In this document: piece after piece, positions 49,014 to 59,828 of the stretch
How the letters are laid out: every line of letters begins with the position of its first letter
Numbering within the stretch: position 1 is the first letter of the stretch
Origin: Phycisphaerales bacterium
GTDB lineage: Bacteria; Planctomycetota; Phycisphaerae; Phycisphaerales; UBA1924
Assembly (NCBI GenBank): GCA_965227775.1
Contig: OZ245777.1
Location: 1,056,001-1,120,000 of the forward strand
Direction of reading: 5' to 3'
DNA length: 64,000 nucleotides
Notes under the pieces: generated by a model
Database searches by the model: none
The model's input: only the letters and a program-made list of their open reading frames with translations
What the model was told of the DNA's origin: nothing
Made by a program: the position numbers and the translations under genes

Positions 49014-51134
49014 ATGGCCGAGATGCCGCTGAACAAAGTTCGTAACATCGGGATTGCCGCCCACATCGATGCGGGCAAGACCACGGTCACCGAGCGCATC
49101 CTCTTCTACACCGGCAAGACCCACAAGCTGGGCGAGGTGCACGAGGGCACCGCGACGATGGACTTCCTGCAGGAAGAACAGGAGCGCGGCATCACCATCC
49201 AGTCGGCGGCGACGACCTGCCACTGGACCCGCAGCGACGTCGAGTATCAGATCAACCTGATCGACACGCCGGGCCACGTGGACTTCACCATCGAGGTGGA
49301 GCGTTCGCTCCGCGTGCTCGACGGCGCGGTCGCGGTGTTCGATGGCAAAGAGGGCGTCGAGGCCCAGAGCGAAACCGTGTGGCGCCAGGCCGACCGGTAC
49401 AGCGTGCCGCGCATCTGCTACATCAACAAGATGGACAAGATCGGGGCGAACTTCGAGTTCAGCTTCAACTCGATCAAGAAGCGCCTTGGCGCGAACGCCA
49501 TCGCCGTGCAGATCCCCATCGGCGCGGGCAACGAGCTCGAGGGCATCATCGATCTGCTCGGCATGCGGGCGTACTACTTCGACGCCAACGAACAGGGCGC
49601 GGTGGTGACCGAGAAGGACATCCCCGATGACCTCATGGCCGAGGCCGAGAAGTGGCGGCACGAGCTGGTCGACGCGGCCAGCGCACTCGACGACGACCTG
49701 ACCGAGAAGTACCTCGAGGACGAAAACTCGGTCACGGTCGAGGACATCCGCCAGGCTCTGCGCAAGGGCACGCTGAAGCTGACCTGCAACCCGGTCTTCT
49801 GCGGCTCGGCCCTGAAGAACATCGGCGTGCAGCGCCTGCTGGACGGCGTTATCGACTACCTGCCCAACCCCACGCAGGTTCCCGAGGTGCAGGGCGTTGA
49901 CCCCAAGGACTCGGAGAACAAGCTCAGCCGCCCGCACGACTCCAAGGCGCCGCTCTCGGCCCTGGTGTTCAAGGTGGTAGCCGACAGCCACGGCGACCTC
50001 ACGTACACCCGCATCTACTCGGGTACGCTCGAGAAGGGCAGCCGCGTGCTGAACCCCGGCAACGGCAAGCGTGAGATCGTCAGCCGCATCTACCAGATGC
50101 AGGCCAAGACGCGTGAGGCGCTCGACGCCGCACACGCTGGTTCGATCGTGGCGATCATCGGCATCAAGGACTCGATCACGGGCGACACCCTGTGCGACCC
50201 GAGTGATCCGATCCTGCTGGAGCGGATGGACTTCCCGGATCCGGTGATCTCGATGTCGATCGAGCCCAACACCAGCGACGACAAGCGCAAGCTGAGCGAG
50301 GCGCTCGTGACGATCCGCCGCGAGGACCCCAGCTTCCAGAGCCACTACGACGACGAGACCGGCCAGACCATCATCGCCGGCATGGGTGAGCTGCACCTTG
50401 AGATCATCAAGAACAAGCTGACCCGCGACATGAAGATCGGCGTGCAGGTCGGCAAGCCGCGTGTGAGCTACCGCGAGGCCATCCAGGGCGAGGCCAAGGA
50501 AGTCCGTGGCAAGTTCGTCAAGCAGACCGGTGGTCGCGGTCAGTTCGGTGACGTGATCATCAACCTGCGTCCGTACACGAAGGAAGAGGCCGAGGAGGAG
50601 GGCATCAAGTTCGTCGAGGGGGTTGCCTTCGAGAACAAGATCGTCGGCGGCTCGATCCCCAAGGAGTTCATCCCCTCGGTCGAGGCGGGCATCCGTCAGA
50701 CGGCGGCCAGCGGTGTGACGGCGGGCTACCCGCTGATCAACATCAAGGCCGAGCTTGTCGACGGCTCGTACCACCAGGTCGATAGCTCGCAGGTGGCCTT
50801 CGAGCAGGCGGCGCGCCTGGCGCTCCGTGAGGCTGTCTCCAAGGCCCGCAGCGTGCTGCTCGAGCCGATCATGAAGGTCGTCATCGTGACGCCCGAGGAG
50901 TTCTTCGGTAATGTCACCGGTGACATCTCGAGCCGCCGCGGCATGATCATCGACACCGAGGACCGCGGCGCCGGCATCCGCCAGATCACGTGCGAGTGTC
51001 CGCTGAGCGAGATGTTCGGCTACACGACCACGCTCCGCGGCATGAGCCAGGGCCGTGCGGCGGCGTCGATGGAGTTCCAAGAGTACCGCCCGATGCCGGC
51101 GAACCTGATGCAGGAGGTCATCGCCGCCGACTAA
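49014..51134 (+). CDS. fusA: Elongation factor G
   Basis: [53 protein letters not shown]. Confidence 0.97.
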   Translation: MAEMPLNKVRNIGIAAHIDAGKTTVTERILFYTGKTHKLGEVHEGTATMDFLQEEQERGITIQSAATTCHWTRSDVEYQINLIDTPGHVDFTIEVERSLRVLDGAVAVFDGKEGVEAQSETVWRQADRYSVPRICYINKMDKIGANFEFSFNSIKKRLGANAIAVQIPIGAGNELEGIIDLLGMRAYYFDANEQGAVVTEKDIPDDLMAEAEKWRHELVDAASALDDDLTEKYLEDENSVTVEDIRQALRKGTLKLTCNPVFCGSALKNIGVQRLLDGVIDYLPNPTQVPEVQGVDPKDSENKLSRPHDSKAPLSALVFKVVADSHGDLTYTRIYSGTLEKGSRVLNPGNGKREIVSRIYQMQAKTREALDAAHAGSIVAIIGIKDSITGDTLCDPSDPILLERMDFPDPVISMSIEPNTSDDKRKLSEALVTIRREDPSFQSHYDDETGQTIIAGMGELHLEIIKNKLTRDMKIGVQVGKPRVSYREAIQGEAKEVRGKFVKQTGGRGQFGDVIINLRPYTKEEAEEEGIKFVEGVAFENKIVGGSIPKEFIPSVEAGIRQTAASGVTAGYPLINIKAELVDGSYHQVDSSQVAFEQAARLALREAVSKARSVLLEPIMKVVIVTPEEFFGNVTGDISSRRGMIIDTEDRGAGIRQITCECPLSEMFGYTTTLRGMSQGRAAASMEFQEYRPMPANLMQEVIAAD

Positions 51135-51325
51135 TCGGACGCGGCGGCCGCAGCCGATTGGCTGTCGGATCGACTCCGCTCGAAATTATCGTCTCAAACC
51201 GCAGACGCCCACGCCTTGGAGGCCTCCGAAACCGGCCTCCCACCCGCGTGGGCGTTATGCTTGGGGTCGCAACCCAGGGCGGGGCCCGTTCGGTCCGCCG
51301 CAGTCCAGGCGAAGGGGAGGCCACG

Positions 51326-51955
51326 ATGGCCGATCGTGTTCCAACCGCGTTGCTGTTCGGGGCTCCCGGTGCGGGCAAGGGCACGCAGGGCAAGATCCTC
51401 GGACAGATTCCGGGGTTCTACCACCTGTCGTGCGGCGAGGTCTTCCGGACGCTCGATATTCACAGCCCCTTGGGGCGAACCTTCTACGAGTATTCGTCCA
51501 AGGGCAATCTGGTTCCCGACGACGTGACGGTCGACATGTGGAAAGAAAACCTCCACGCGCAGATGACCCTCAGCTACTACAAGCCCCACGCCGAGATCCT
51601 GGTGCTCGACGGCATCCCCCGAAACGTCAAGCAGGCCAAGCTCCTCGAAGAGCACGTGGAAGTGAAGGCCATCGTGCACTTGGTGTGCCGAGACATGAAC
51701 GCCATGCTCATGCGCCTGCGCAAGCGCGCCCTGCGTGAGAACCGGGCCGACGACGCGCGCGAGGATGTGATCCGCCGGCGGTGGGAGGTCTATGAGCACG
51801 AGACCCGCCCGGTGCTCGATTTCTATTCCAAGGACCTCATCCACGAGGTCGATGCCATCGGCACGCCCGTGCAGGTGTTGCAGCACACGCTCGAGGCGCT
51901 CGCACCCATTCACGACACGCTCTTCGGCCAGCAAGAGATGGAAGGCAACCTGTAG
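51326..51955 (+). CDS. adk: Adenylate kinase family (short LID)
   Basis: GAPGAGKGTQ, GNLVPDD, LDGIPRN, RADD. Confidence 0.85.
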   Translation: MADRVPTALLFGAPGAGKGTQGKILGQIPGFYHLSCGEVFRTLDIHSPLGRTFYEYSSKGNLVPDDVTVDMWKENLHAQMTLSYYKPHAEILVLDGIPRNVKQAKLLEEHVEVKAIVHLVCRDMNAMLMRLRKRALRENRADDAREDVIRRRWEVYEHETRPVLDFYSKDLIHEVDAIGTPVQVLQHTLEALAPIHDTLFGQQEMEGNL

Positions 51956-51975
51956 CCATCGGCGTACGCTTTGGC

Positions 51976-52797
51976 ATGGCCGAAGCGATGACCTGGGCTG
52001 TACTGCTCGCGCGTTGGACCGAGTTTGCGCGCTCGGCGGTGGCCCTCCCGAAGGATGGCTCCGGCGGCCGGTGGCGTGAGAGCGTGCCAGCGATCATCGG
52101 TTTGCAGGCGATCGCGCTGGCCCTGGGCGACCTCGACGAACACGAATTGGACGAAAGCCGTGCGCTGGCGATCGATACTGCGTCGGTCGGAATCGATCGG
52201 CATGTTGGCGACCTCGCGAAGATCTGGGCGGACGAGCCGTGGCCCGATGAGCTGCACGAGCTGCTTGAGTACGCGCGGCGGGCCGTCGCCGACGCCTTGG
52301 CATCGGGTCTTGAGTGGTGCGTCGATGGAGCGATGGCGAGCCTCGAGCACCCGGCCGAGCTGATGGGCTTGCTGGAGGCCTTGGGCTTCGAGGGCGACGT
52401 CTATCTGGCGGCACCGGGGCAGCAGCTCTCGCCGGGGTGTCCGTGCGCATTCGTTCACGAGCCGGGCGGGGGGCTGCCCGACGCCGAGGTGGTGGGGGCC
52501 GTCATTGGGTTTCTCGAGGCCAACGGCGTCGGAAGCGAAGAGGTCCGCCGTGGCGCGCCGCGACAGGTCTACCGGCAATTCGACTTTGCCATGGGCGGGC
52601 CTGTTCGAGACCTTGTGGCGTGGATGGGCGGCGATCCGCAGCCGGGGCAGCCTCTGCTGGTGCCGGCAATGCTGGCGGGTTGTTCGCAGCCGGTGGCGCT
52701 GCCGCAGCGCAGGGGAAAGCCCGCGGAGCCGCCGCCGCTCGAGTTCGAGGCCGACCCTTCGGCGGGGATTTCGGCTGCCGAGGATGCCGACGCGTAG
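51976..52797 (+). CDS. Conserved-looking hypothetical protein
   Basis: Fills the gap between adk and tRNA-Tyr with normal codon usage; no recognised motif. Confidence 0.65.
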   Translation: MAEAMTWAVLLARWTEFARSAVALPKDGSGGRWRESVPAIIGLQAIALALGDLDEHELDESRALAIDTASVGIDRHVGDLAKIWADEPWPDELHELLEYARRAVADALASGLEWCVDGAMASLEHPAELMGLLEALGFEGDVYLAAPGQQLSPGCPCAFVHEPGGGLPDAEVVGAVIGFLEANGVGSEEVRRGAPRQVYRQFDFAMGGPVRDLVAWMGGDPQPGQPLLVPAMLAGCSQPVALPQRRGKPAEPPPLEFEADPSAGISAAEDADA

Positions 52798-52836
52798 GGC
52801 TTTCGGGCAATTCGCCTGCTACCATGGAGGCCCAGC

Positions 52837-52918
52837 GGGCGAGTACCCAAGTGGCCAAAGGGGGCAGACTGTAAATCTGCTGGCAATGCCTTCGGGGGTT
52901 CGAATCCCTCCTCGCCCA
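52837..52918 (+). tRNA. tRNA-Tyr(GTA)
   Basis: Acceptor GGGCGAG/CTCGCCC, anticodon arm GCAGA-CTGTAAA-TCTGC, long variable arm, TTCGAAT; CCA not encoded. Confidence 0.96.
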
Positions 52919-53225
52919 TTCCGCCTGAAGCGTCCGATCTGGTGTGAAGCAAGCCGGATCGGCTCTACGGCCCAATCGAAAACCGAAGAGTGGTGTTATC
53001 CGGACTTGTGGCCCGGTTTGTGCCGTTGCCAGGCCGAATTCGGGGTGATTTGGGCTTGGTCTTGTGCGGCTTTTCCGCCATTGTATAGGAACCCCCGAAG
53101 CCAGTTACGCACTGGCCCGGCGTGTTGTATTGAAAGGCGTAGGCGCTGGAATGCCCGGCGTTGCCGTGCATGCCGAGGAGGCGTGTTTCGGGCACCCGAA
53201 CAGCTCATCAGGAAGAGGACGACAC

Positions 53226-56200
53226 ATGCAGCGTGGTAGTAATCGATGGACGGTCGTGACCGCTTCGGCGGCGGTTCTGCTGGCCAGCAGTGGCTTGGCG
53301 ATCGCGTCGCAGCAGTTGGCCCAGCCGACCCAGGCGCAGACGGTTCGCGTTGGTGACGGCTACGTGCGGACCTTTATTGACGCGGGCCAGCCCATGGTCG
53401 CCATCAGCCTCGACGGGCGCGCCGAGCAGCGCGTGGTCGAGCAGCGCGGCACGATCATGCTGCGCTACGCCGAGTTCGATCCGGCCGGGTTCATCCCTGC
53501 CGTTCCTGAGAACCTGAAAGCCGTCGACGGCAACCAGGCGTTCATCGTGCAGTACATCAGTCAGCCCCTCGAGGCGTACGGCGATGCCATTGCCCGCCTG
53601 GGCGGTACGGTCGAGCGCTTCCTGCCCGACCAAGCCCAGATCGTGACGATCGACGCGAGCATGGTCGATGCGGTGCGTGCACTGCCCTTCGTGCGCTGGG
53701 TGGGCGAGTATCACCCGGCGTACAAGCTGGACGAGCCCGACCTGCAGCGCCTGGCGCTGGCGAGCATGGGTGATTCGACGACCTTCCAGCGGTACTCGAT
53801 CCAGACGCTGCGTCGCGGCGAGGGCTCGCTCAAGAGCCTTGCCCAGCAGATCCGCGGGATGGGCGCGGCGATCGACCTGGAGTCTGAGCCCGTCGGCCGC
53901 CTGCAGGCTTGGCTGACCGATGCGCAGCTCCTGGCCGTTGCGCAGCGCAGCGACGTTCTCTTCATGGACGTGCGCGGCGAGCCCGAGCCCGACGTCGACA
54001 TCGCCCGCATGATCGGTGGCGCCGACTACGTCGAGAACGAGACCGGCTACACCGGCCAGGGCGTTCGCGCCGAGGTCATGGACAGTGGCCTGTTCCTGGG
54101 TCACCAGGAGTTCAGCAGCATGAGCCCCGCTCCGCTGCTGCACGGTGCGGTGGGCAGCCAGTCGCACGGCACGAGCGTGTTCAGCATCGTGTTCGCGCCG
54201 GGCACCAACCCGCAGGCTCGTGGCTTCCTGCCCGACGCCGAGCAGACCATCATGGCGGCCTACGGCGCGCTGGGCGATCGCTACGCCCACACCGCCCGCC
54301 TGGTCGATCCTTCAGATGAGTACCGCGCCGTCTTCCAGACGAACAGCTGGGGCGATCCGCGGACGAGCGACTACACGACCATCTCGGCCGAGATGGATGA
54401 CATCCTCTTCGACCACGACATCATCATCACCCAGAGCCAGTCGAACTCGGGCAGCACGCCCAGTCGTCCCCAGGCTTGGGCGAAGAACATCGTGGCCGTC
54501 GGTGGCATCAACCACTTCGGCACGCTGACGCGTAGCGACGACCGCCACGGCGGCGCTGCTGGTAGTACGGGTCCGGCCCGCGATGGTCGCATCAAGCCCG
54601 ACCTGGCCCACTTCTACGACTCGACCATCGCGGCGACCACTGGCGCGCCCACCTCGTACACCCAGTTCGGCGGCACCTCGGGCGCCACGCCCATCACCGC
54701 CGGCCACTTTGGCCTGTTCTTCCAGATGTGGAACGAGGGCGTCTTTGGCCCGCAGGGCGTGCCCGGCGGCACGGTCTTCGAGAATGCTCCCGATCCGGCC
54801 ACCTCGAAGGCCATGATGATCAACACTGCTCTGCAGTATGACTTCACCAGCTCGAGCGGCGACCTGAACCGCATGCGTCAGGGCTGGGGCCTTGCCGACG
54901 TTGGCAAGCTCTATGACGAGCGCGAGCGGTTCTTCATCATCGATGCGACGGATCCCGTCACGCCGCTGAGCAGCAACAGCTACCCGCTGAAGGTCGCCAG
55001 CGACGAGCCGGATCTGCGCGTCACGATGGTGTACCGCGACGTCAGCGGCACCACGTCTTCGACCAAGCACCGCATCAACGACCTCACGCTGAAGGTCACC
55101 TCGCCCAGTGGCGCGGTGTACTACGGCAACAACGGTCTGACCGATGGCAACTTCTCGACGCCCGGCGGTTCGGCAAACGATCTCGATAACGTCGAGAACG
55201 TGTTCGTTGAGTCGCCCGAGGGCGGCGTGTGGACCGTCGAGGTTCTCGGTGACGAGATCAACCAGGACGGCTTCCCGGCTACGCCCGATCTCGATGCGAC
55301 GTACGCCCTGGTGGTTGCCGGTGTCACTCCTGCCATCGGCATGTCGCTGGTGTCGGACGTGCCCGACATCGTGCTGCCCGGCACGATCGTCGACGTTGAG
55401 ATCGAGGTCATCGAGGGCGACGAGGCGCTCGTTGGCGTTCCGTCGATCTACTACGACATGACCGGTTCGGGCTTCACCCGCGCCGACATGACCGCCAGTG
55501 GCGACACGTGGGTCTTCGACCTGCCCGAGACCACCTGCGGCACCGCGCCGGCCTTCTACATGGAGGTGACCGGCGACGGCGGCACGACCGTGACGCTGCC
55601 CGCCTTGGGCGGCGACGCGCCGTACACGATCGATCGCATCGGCGAGGATCTGAACTACGGCGAGTACGACTTCGAGACGGCCACGGGTTGGAACGTGACG
55701 GGCAGCCCCGCCACGGGTGACTGGGAGCTCGGCACGCCGGATGGCTTCCGCGGTGCTCCGGATGCCGACTCCGATGGTTCCGGCCAGGCGTACGTTACCG
55801 GTAGCGAGCGTGGCGAGGACGTCGACGGTGGTCCGACCATCCTGACCTCGCCCGTGTTCGACCTGTCGGACGCTCCGGCCGATGTCGAACTGAGCTACGC
55901 CCGCTGGTTCTGGAACGACGATCAGCGCGCTGGCCTCGCCGACGCCGACCGCTTGTTGGTCGAGATCAACGACGGCTCGGGCTGGACCACCATCGAGTCG
56001 GTGGATCACGCCGCCGGTGGCGAGGAGTGGACGCAGATGACCATCACCGTCGCCGACTTTGTGTCGCTGACCAGCAACGTGCAGCTCCGCTTCACGACCG
56101 ACGACACCCCCAACGACTCGGCTACCGAGGCCGCGTTGGACGCCGTCAGCGTGTCGGGCTTCCGTTGCGATGATGGTGCCGGATGCCGGGCCGACTTCGA

Positions 56201-56348
56201 TGGCAACGGCACGCTGGACATCTTCGACTTCCTGGCGTTCCAGAACGCGTTCACCTCTGGTGATCTCGCCGCCGACTTCGACGGTAACGGCACGCTGGAC
56301 ATCTTCGACTTCCTGGCGTTCCAGAACGAGTTCGCCGCGGGTTGCTGA
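53226..56348 (+). CDS. Secreted S8 (subtilisin-like) peptidase with C-terminal beta domains and dockerin-like module
   Basis: Triad VMDSG / SHGT / GGTSGATP; AKNIVAVG, GRIKPD, QGWG; terminal dockerin-like module. Confidence 0.92.
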   Translation: MQRGSNRWTVVTASAAVLLASSGLAIASQQLAQPTQAQTVRVGDGYVRTFIDAGQPMVAISLDGRAEQRVVEQRGTIMLRYAEFDPAGFIPAVPENLKAVDGNQAFIVQYISQPLEAYGDAIARLGGTVERFLPDQAQIVTIDASMVDAVRALPFVRWVGEYHPAYKLDEPDLQRLALASMGDSTTFQRYSIQTLRRGEGSLKSLAQQIRGMGAAIDLESEPVGRLQAWLTDAQLLAVAQRSDVLFMDVRGEPEPDVDIARMIGGADYVENETGYTGQGVRAEVMDSGLFLGHQEFSSMSPAPLLHGAVGSQSHGTSVFSIVFAPGTNPQARGFLPDAEQTIMAAYGALGDRYAHTARLVDPSDEYRAVFQTNSWGDPRTSDYTTISAEMDDILFDHDIIITQSQSNSGSTPSRPQAWAKNIVAVGGINHFGTLTRSDDRHGGAAGSTGPARDGRIKPDLAHFYDSTIAATTGAPTSYTQFGGTSGATPITAGHFGLFFQMWNEGVFGPQGVPGGTVFENAPDPATSKAMMINTALQYDFTSSSGDLNRMRQGWGLADVGKLYDERERFFIIDATDPVTPLSSNSYPLKVASDEPDLRVTMVYRDVSGTTSSTKHRINDLTLKVTSPSGAVYYGNNGLTDGNFSTPGGSANDLDNVENVFVESPEGGVWTVEVLGDEINQDGFPATPDLDATYALVVAGVTPAIGMSLVSDVPDIVLPGTIVDVEIEVIEGDEALVGVPSIYYDMTGSGFTRADMTASGDTWVFDLPETTCGTAPAFYMEVTGDGGTTVTLPALGGDAPYTIDRIGEDLNYGEYDFETATGWNVTGSPATGDWELGTPDGFRGAPDADSDGSGQAYVTGSERGEDVDGGPTILTSPVFDLSDAPADVELSYARWFWNDDQRAGLADADRLLVEINDGSGWTTIESVDHAAGGEEWTQMTITVADFVSLTSNVQLRFTTDDTPNDSATEAALDAVSVSGFRCDDGAGCRADFDGNGTLDIFDFLAFQNAFTSGDLAADFDGNGTLDIFDFLAFQNEFAAGC

Positions 56349-56405
56349 GAGTCTGAACCCTGTTGGATCGGCAGCTCGCTGCGGGCTCCGATCTGATTGA
56401 CGCGA

Positions 56406-56437
56406 AGGAGCCGCCTGAGGAGGGCGGCTCCTTTTTT
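56406..56437 (+). terminator. Rho-independent terminator
   Basis: AAGGAGCCGCC...GGCGGCTCCTT followed by a T run. Confidence 0.8.
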
Positions 56438-56789
56438 CTGTAGTTGGCACAACCCAATTGAGACCGACCTTGTCATCGCTGGGCCGCCGCGGATACGTGC
56501 ATCCATCATCGAGGAATCCACGGGTTATACGGACAGATGCGTGGCGCGTGCGCGTTGTGCGGGCGAAGCGCCCTCGGGTCTCGAGAACATCGCAGCCAGG
56601 GTGGCTTTGGATGCGTATTGACACCAAACTATCAAGTAACGGGGCGGGGAGCGGTCCTGTAGTAACCAAGTCCCGCCGCCGTCTCTGCACCGACGGCGGT
56701 GGTCGGGTCGACCGCGTGCGACGCTGGCCCTCGAGGTCGGGCGTCACCGGCGATACGTCACACATCCCAAAGAACAGGGGAGGATTTCC

Positions 56790-59492
56790 ATGCGAGGAAG
56801 TAAGAACAGCGCCGTTGCATTGCGGCTCGTCGCGGGCCTTGGCATCGGCCTGGTCGCCGCAGCCTCGGCTACTGCCGATGATGTGATCATCATCGGCGAC
56901 AGCCTGGCCGACACCTATCCGGGCGTTCGCACGCTCGAAGACTCCAACGGCCGCACCGAGGCCTTCTACGGCGTGCCCATGACTACGGGCCTGACGGCCG
57001 ATCAGGCCGCGATGGACTTCCTCGCCCGGCACGGATCAGAGTTTGGTATCGGCGAGCTCGAGCTCGACCTCTCGCATCGCACGACGCTGCGCGACGGCAA
57101 GTTCACGGCGTTCCTGTTCGATCAGTCGGTCGACGGCATCCCCGTGCACTTGGGCATCGGCCGCGTTCTGGTGCTCGACCGCGGTACCGATCACGTCGTG
57201 GTGTACGCAGCCGGCAACCTCGCCCAGAACGACCCGGGCAACCTGCAGGACCTCGTGTTCCTGACGCCCGACCAGGCGTCGGCGGTTGTTCGCAACGACA
57301 TCCGTTTCACGAACTTCGTGAACTTCAGCGAGCCCGAGCTCGTTGCCTTCTACGGCAACGGCCAGGGCGAAGACGCGGGCCAGACGCGGCCGGCGTACCG
57401 CGTGACCGCCGAGCACGCGAGCTACCCGATCGTGAGCCAGGCGTACGAGGCGTTCATCGATGCCGAGACGGGCGAGCAGCTGCTCGTGCAGTCGGTGATC
57501 GCGCACGTTGATGTCGAGGGCACGACGACTGGCCGGGCGACGCCAGGCCTGTTGCCCGACACTGCCTCGAATCCGGCCGTCGAGCAGCGGCTGCCGCTGC
57601 TCGAAGTGATGCTGCGAGGTGGCGCTGACGCGGTGAGTGATCTCGATGGCGAGTTCGTGATCCCGCACTCGGGCACGTCGAGCGTAACGGTCGACGGTGA
57701 GCTGAGCGGCCCGTGGGTCCGCATCAACGACGTTGCCGGCCCCGAGCTTTCGGCGAGCGTGGTCACCACGCCTCCCGGCCCGGCCAACCTGCTCTTTAAC
57801 CCGAGCCCGACGCAGTTCACGACGGCTCAGGTGAACGCGTTCCTGCACACGAACCTCTCGTACGACCTCATCAAGTCGCGTGCGCCGGGCTTCACCGGGC
57901 TCGATCGCCAGACGCAGGCCAACGTCAACATCAACGACAACTGCAACGCGTTCTTCAGCGGTGGTGACCTTTCGATCAACTTCTTCACCGCTGGCGGTGG
58001 CTGCGTGAACACGGCGTTCTCGACCGTCGTTGCTCACGAGTACGGCCACTTCATCGTGAACCGACTGGGCCTCTCTCAGGGCGCGTTTGGTGAGGGCTAT
58101 GGCGATTCGGTCGCCATCAACCTCTACGACACGGGCATCGTCGGCCAGGGCTTCCTGACCGGCGGCGGCGCGGTGCGCAATCCCGAGGCTGCTCGCCAGC
58201 AGTTCCCCTGCGGTTCGGCCATCCACACCTGTGGCCAGGTGCTTGGCGGCTCTTGGCGTTGGATCCGCCTGAACCTGACCGACACGCTTGGTTCGGGCCC
58301 GGCTTTCGCCGAAGCGCAGGACCTGTTTGTCGGCTGGTCGATGATCACGCTGGGTGGCGATGGTGGTGACTCGGCCACGCCGCGTACGGCTATCGAGGTG
58401 CTGACGATCGACGACAACGACGGCATCCTGGGCAACGGCACGCCCAACTACGACGAGATCTGCATGGCGTTCGATCGCCACGGCATCGACTGCCCCGAGC
58501 TCGATCTCATCAGCATCTCTGTCGTCGACGCGCCCGAGACGCTCAGCTCCGGCCAGAGCGGCGAGGTTCGTGTCAGCATCGCCGACTCGACGGCTGCGTT
58601 CGAGCTTGGCACGCAGATGCTGGGCCTGATCATTGACGGCGACACGCAGATGGTGCCGCTTGTCGCCGATGGCGATGAGTTCGTCGGCACGATCCCGGGC
58701 CAGCCCGGCCTGACCGACCTGGCGTACTTCATCACGGCCGACGCCGACACGGGCGATACGGTCCGCGTGCCGAGCGAAGGCGGCTTCCCGGTGCTGGTGG
58801 GCGAGGTGCTCGTCAGCCTCGACTTCGAGACCGCTCCCGGCTGGACGGTTGAGAACACCGCCGTTGACGACGGCGCTTGGGATCGCGGCGCTCCGCTGGG
58901 TGCGACCGACGACCGCATCGAAGACCCGCCCACCGATTTCGACGGCTCGGGCAGCGCCTTCCTGACCGATCGTGCGTCGGGCAACTCCGACGTTGATGGC
59001 GGGCCGACCACGCTGGTGAGCCCGGAGTTCGACCTGTCGGACTACGGCGATGCGATCGTGTCGTACGCCCGCTGGTTCCGCAATGACGATCGCGACGTCG
59101 ATCGCCTGCGGATCGAGTTCTCCGACAACGGCGGCCTGTCGTGGTCGCTGGCCGAGAACGTCTCCGATACGCCCGAGGGTTGGGTGGTCGCGGCCGTTCG
59201 CGTGTCGGACGTGGTCGATGTGACCAGCGAGTTCCGCGTGCGGTTCCGCGCCACCGACAACCCGAACGACTCGGTGACCGAGGCCGGCATCGACGCGTTC
59301 CGGATCATCGTCGACGGTGCAACCTCTTGCCGGGCCGACTTCGACGGCAACGGCACGCTGGACATCTTCGACTTCCTGGCGTTCCAGAACGCCTTCTCTG
59401 CCGGTGATCTGGCCGCCGACTTTGACGGCAGCGGCACGCTGGACATCTTCGACTTCCTGGCGTTCCAGAACGAGTTCACCGCGGGCTGCTGA
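56790..59492 (+). CDS. Secreted gluzincin metallopeptidase (M4/M36-like) with dockerin-like module
   Basis: FTP/PepSY-like propeptide (FDQSVDGIPV, FIDAETGE), CNAF, VVAHEYGH, GAFGEGYGD; terminal dockerin-like module. Confidence 0.88.
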   Translation: MRGSKNSAVALRLVAGLGIGLVAAASATADDVIIIGDSLADTYPGVRTLEDSNGRTEAFYGVPMTTGLTADQAAMDFLARHGSEFGIGELELDLSHRTTLRDGKFTAFLFDQSVDGIPVHLGIGRVLVLDRGTDHVVVYAAGNLAQNDPGNLQDLVFLTPDQASAVVRNDIRFTNFVNFSEPELVAFYGNGQGEDAGQTRPAYRVTAEHASYPIVSQAYEAFIDAETGEQLLVQSVIAHVDVEGTTTGRATPGLLPDTASNPAVEQRLPLLEVMLRGGADAVSDLDGEFVIPHSGTSSVTVDGELSGPWVRINDVAGPELSASVVTTPPGPANLLFNPSPTQFTTAQVNAFLHTNLSYDLIKSRAPGFTGLDRQTQANVNINDNCNAFFSGGDLSINFFTAGGGCVNTAFSTVVAHEYGHFIVNRLGLSQGAFGEGYGDSVAINLYDTGIVGQGFLTGGGAVRNPEAARQQFPCGSAIHTCGQVLGGSWRWIRLNLTDTLGSGPAFAEAQDLFVGWSMITLGGDGGDSATPRTAIEVLTIDDNDGILGNGTPNYDEICMAFDRHGIDCPELDLISISVVDAPETLSSGQSGEVRVSIADSTAAFELGTQMLGLIIDGDTQMVPLVADGDEFVGTIPGQPGLTDLAYFITADADTGDTVRVPSEGGFPVLVGEVLVSLDFETAPGWTVENTAVDDGAWDRGAPLGATDDRIEDPPTDFDGSGSAFLTDRASGNSDVDGGPTTLVSPEFDLSDYGDAIVSYARWFRNDDRDVDRLRIEFSDNGGLSWSLAENVSDTPEGWVVAAVRVSDVVDVTSEFRVRFRATDNPNDSVTEAGIDAFRIIVDGATSCRADFDGNGTLDIFDFLAFQNAFSAGDLAADFDGSGTLDIFDFLAFQNEFTAGC

Positions 59493-59521
59493 GCCTCGCC
59501 TGACAGCATCAACGCCTACAC

Positions 59522-59554
59522 GGGGCCCTCTTGCACGTCGAGAGGGCCCCTTTT
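59522..59554 (+). terminator. Rho-independent terminator
   Basis: GGGGCCCTCT...AGAGGGCCCC-TTTT. Confidence 0.8.
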
Positions 59555-59657
59555 CTGTGGCCGGCCTCGTCACCGCGATGGGCATCCGGCCGGGCAGCGG
59601 CATAGCATGGTGGCCCGAGACGAGGCTCCCCAGAGCCCGCCTGCGGGACCGTTGAAA

Positions 59658-59732
59658 CGGGGTGTGGCGCAGCTTGGTTAGCGCGTTTGACTGGGGGTCA
59701 AAAGGTCGCAGGTTCGAATCCTGTCACCCCGA
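59658..59732 (+). tRNA. tRNA-Pro(GGG)
   Basis: Acceptor CGGGGTG/CACCCCG, D arm GCGC/GCGC, anticodon arm TTTGA-CTGGGGG-TCAAA, T arm GCAGG-TTCGAAT-CCTGT. Confidence 0.96.
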
Positions 59733-59742
59733 TTTTTCACTC

Positions 59743-59777
59743 GAAGGCTCCGGCAGTTGCTGGAGTCTTCTTTGTTT
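59743..59777 (+). terminator. Terminator hairpin after tRNA-Pro
   Basis: GAAGGCTCCGGC...GCTGGAGTCTTC (G-U pairs) then TTTGTTT. Confidence 0.65.
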
Positions 59778-59828
59778 GCGGTGCGTCCGTACGTGTTCGG
59801 CTACCCGGTACTGGCCAACCTTCCGCCA

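Noticed and set aside
56440..56789. Possible riboswitch or sRNA between the two proteases (also 52920-53225)
   Set aside because: No recognisable riboswitch consensus by eye; TTGACA at 56618 lacks a matching -10; needs an Rfam search
9552..59492. Dockerin DNA repeats as DGR template/variable repeats or IS ends
   Set aside because: Mismatches are not adenine-specific, all copies are in-frame coding, and there is no reverse transcriptase or transposase in the window
54312..59603. Very long antisense ORFs (906 and 855 aa) opposite the two proteases
   Set aside because: Shadow frames of GC-biased coding strands with no motifs; same for 2872..5025, 23718..26537 and 48960..51080
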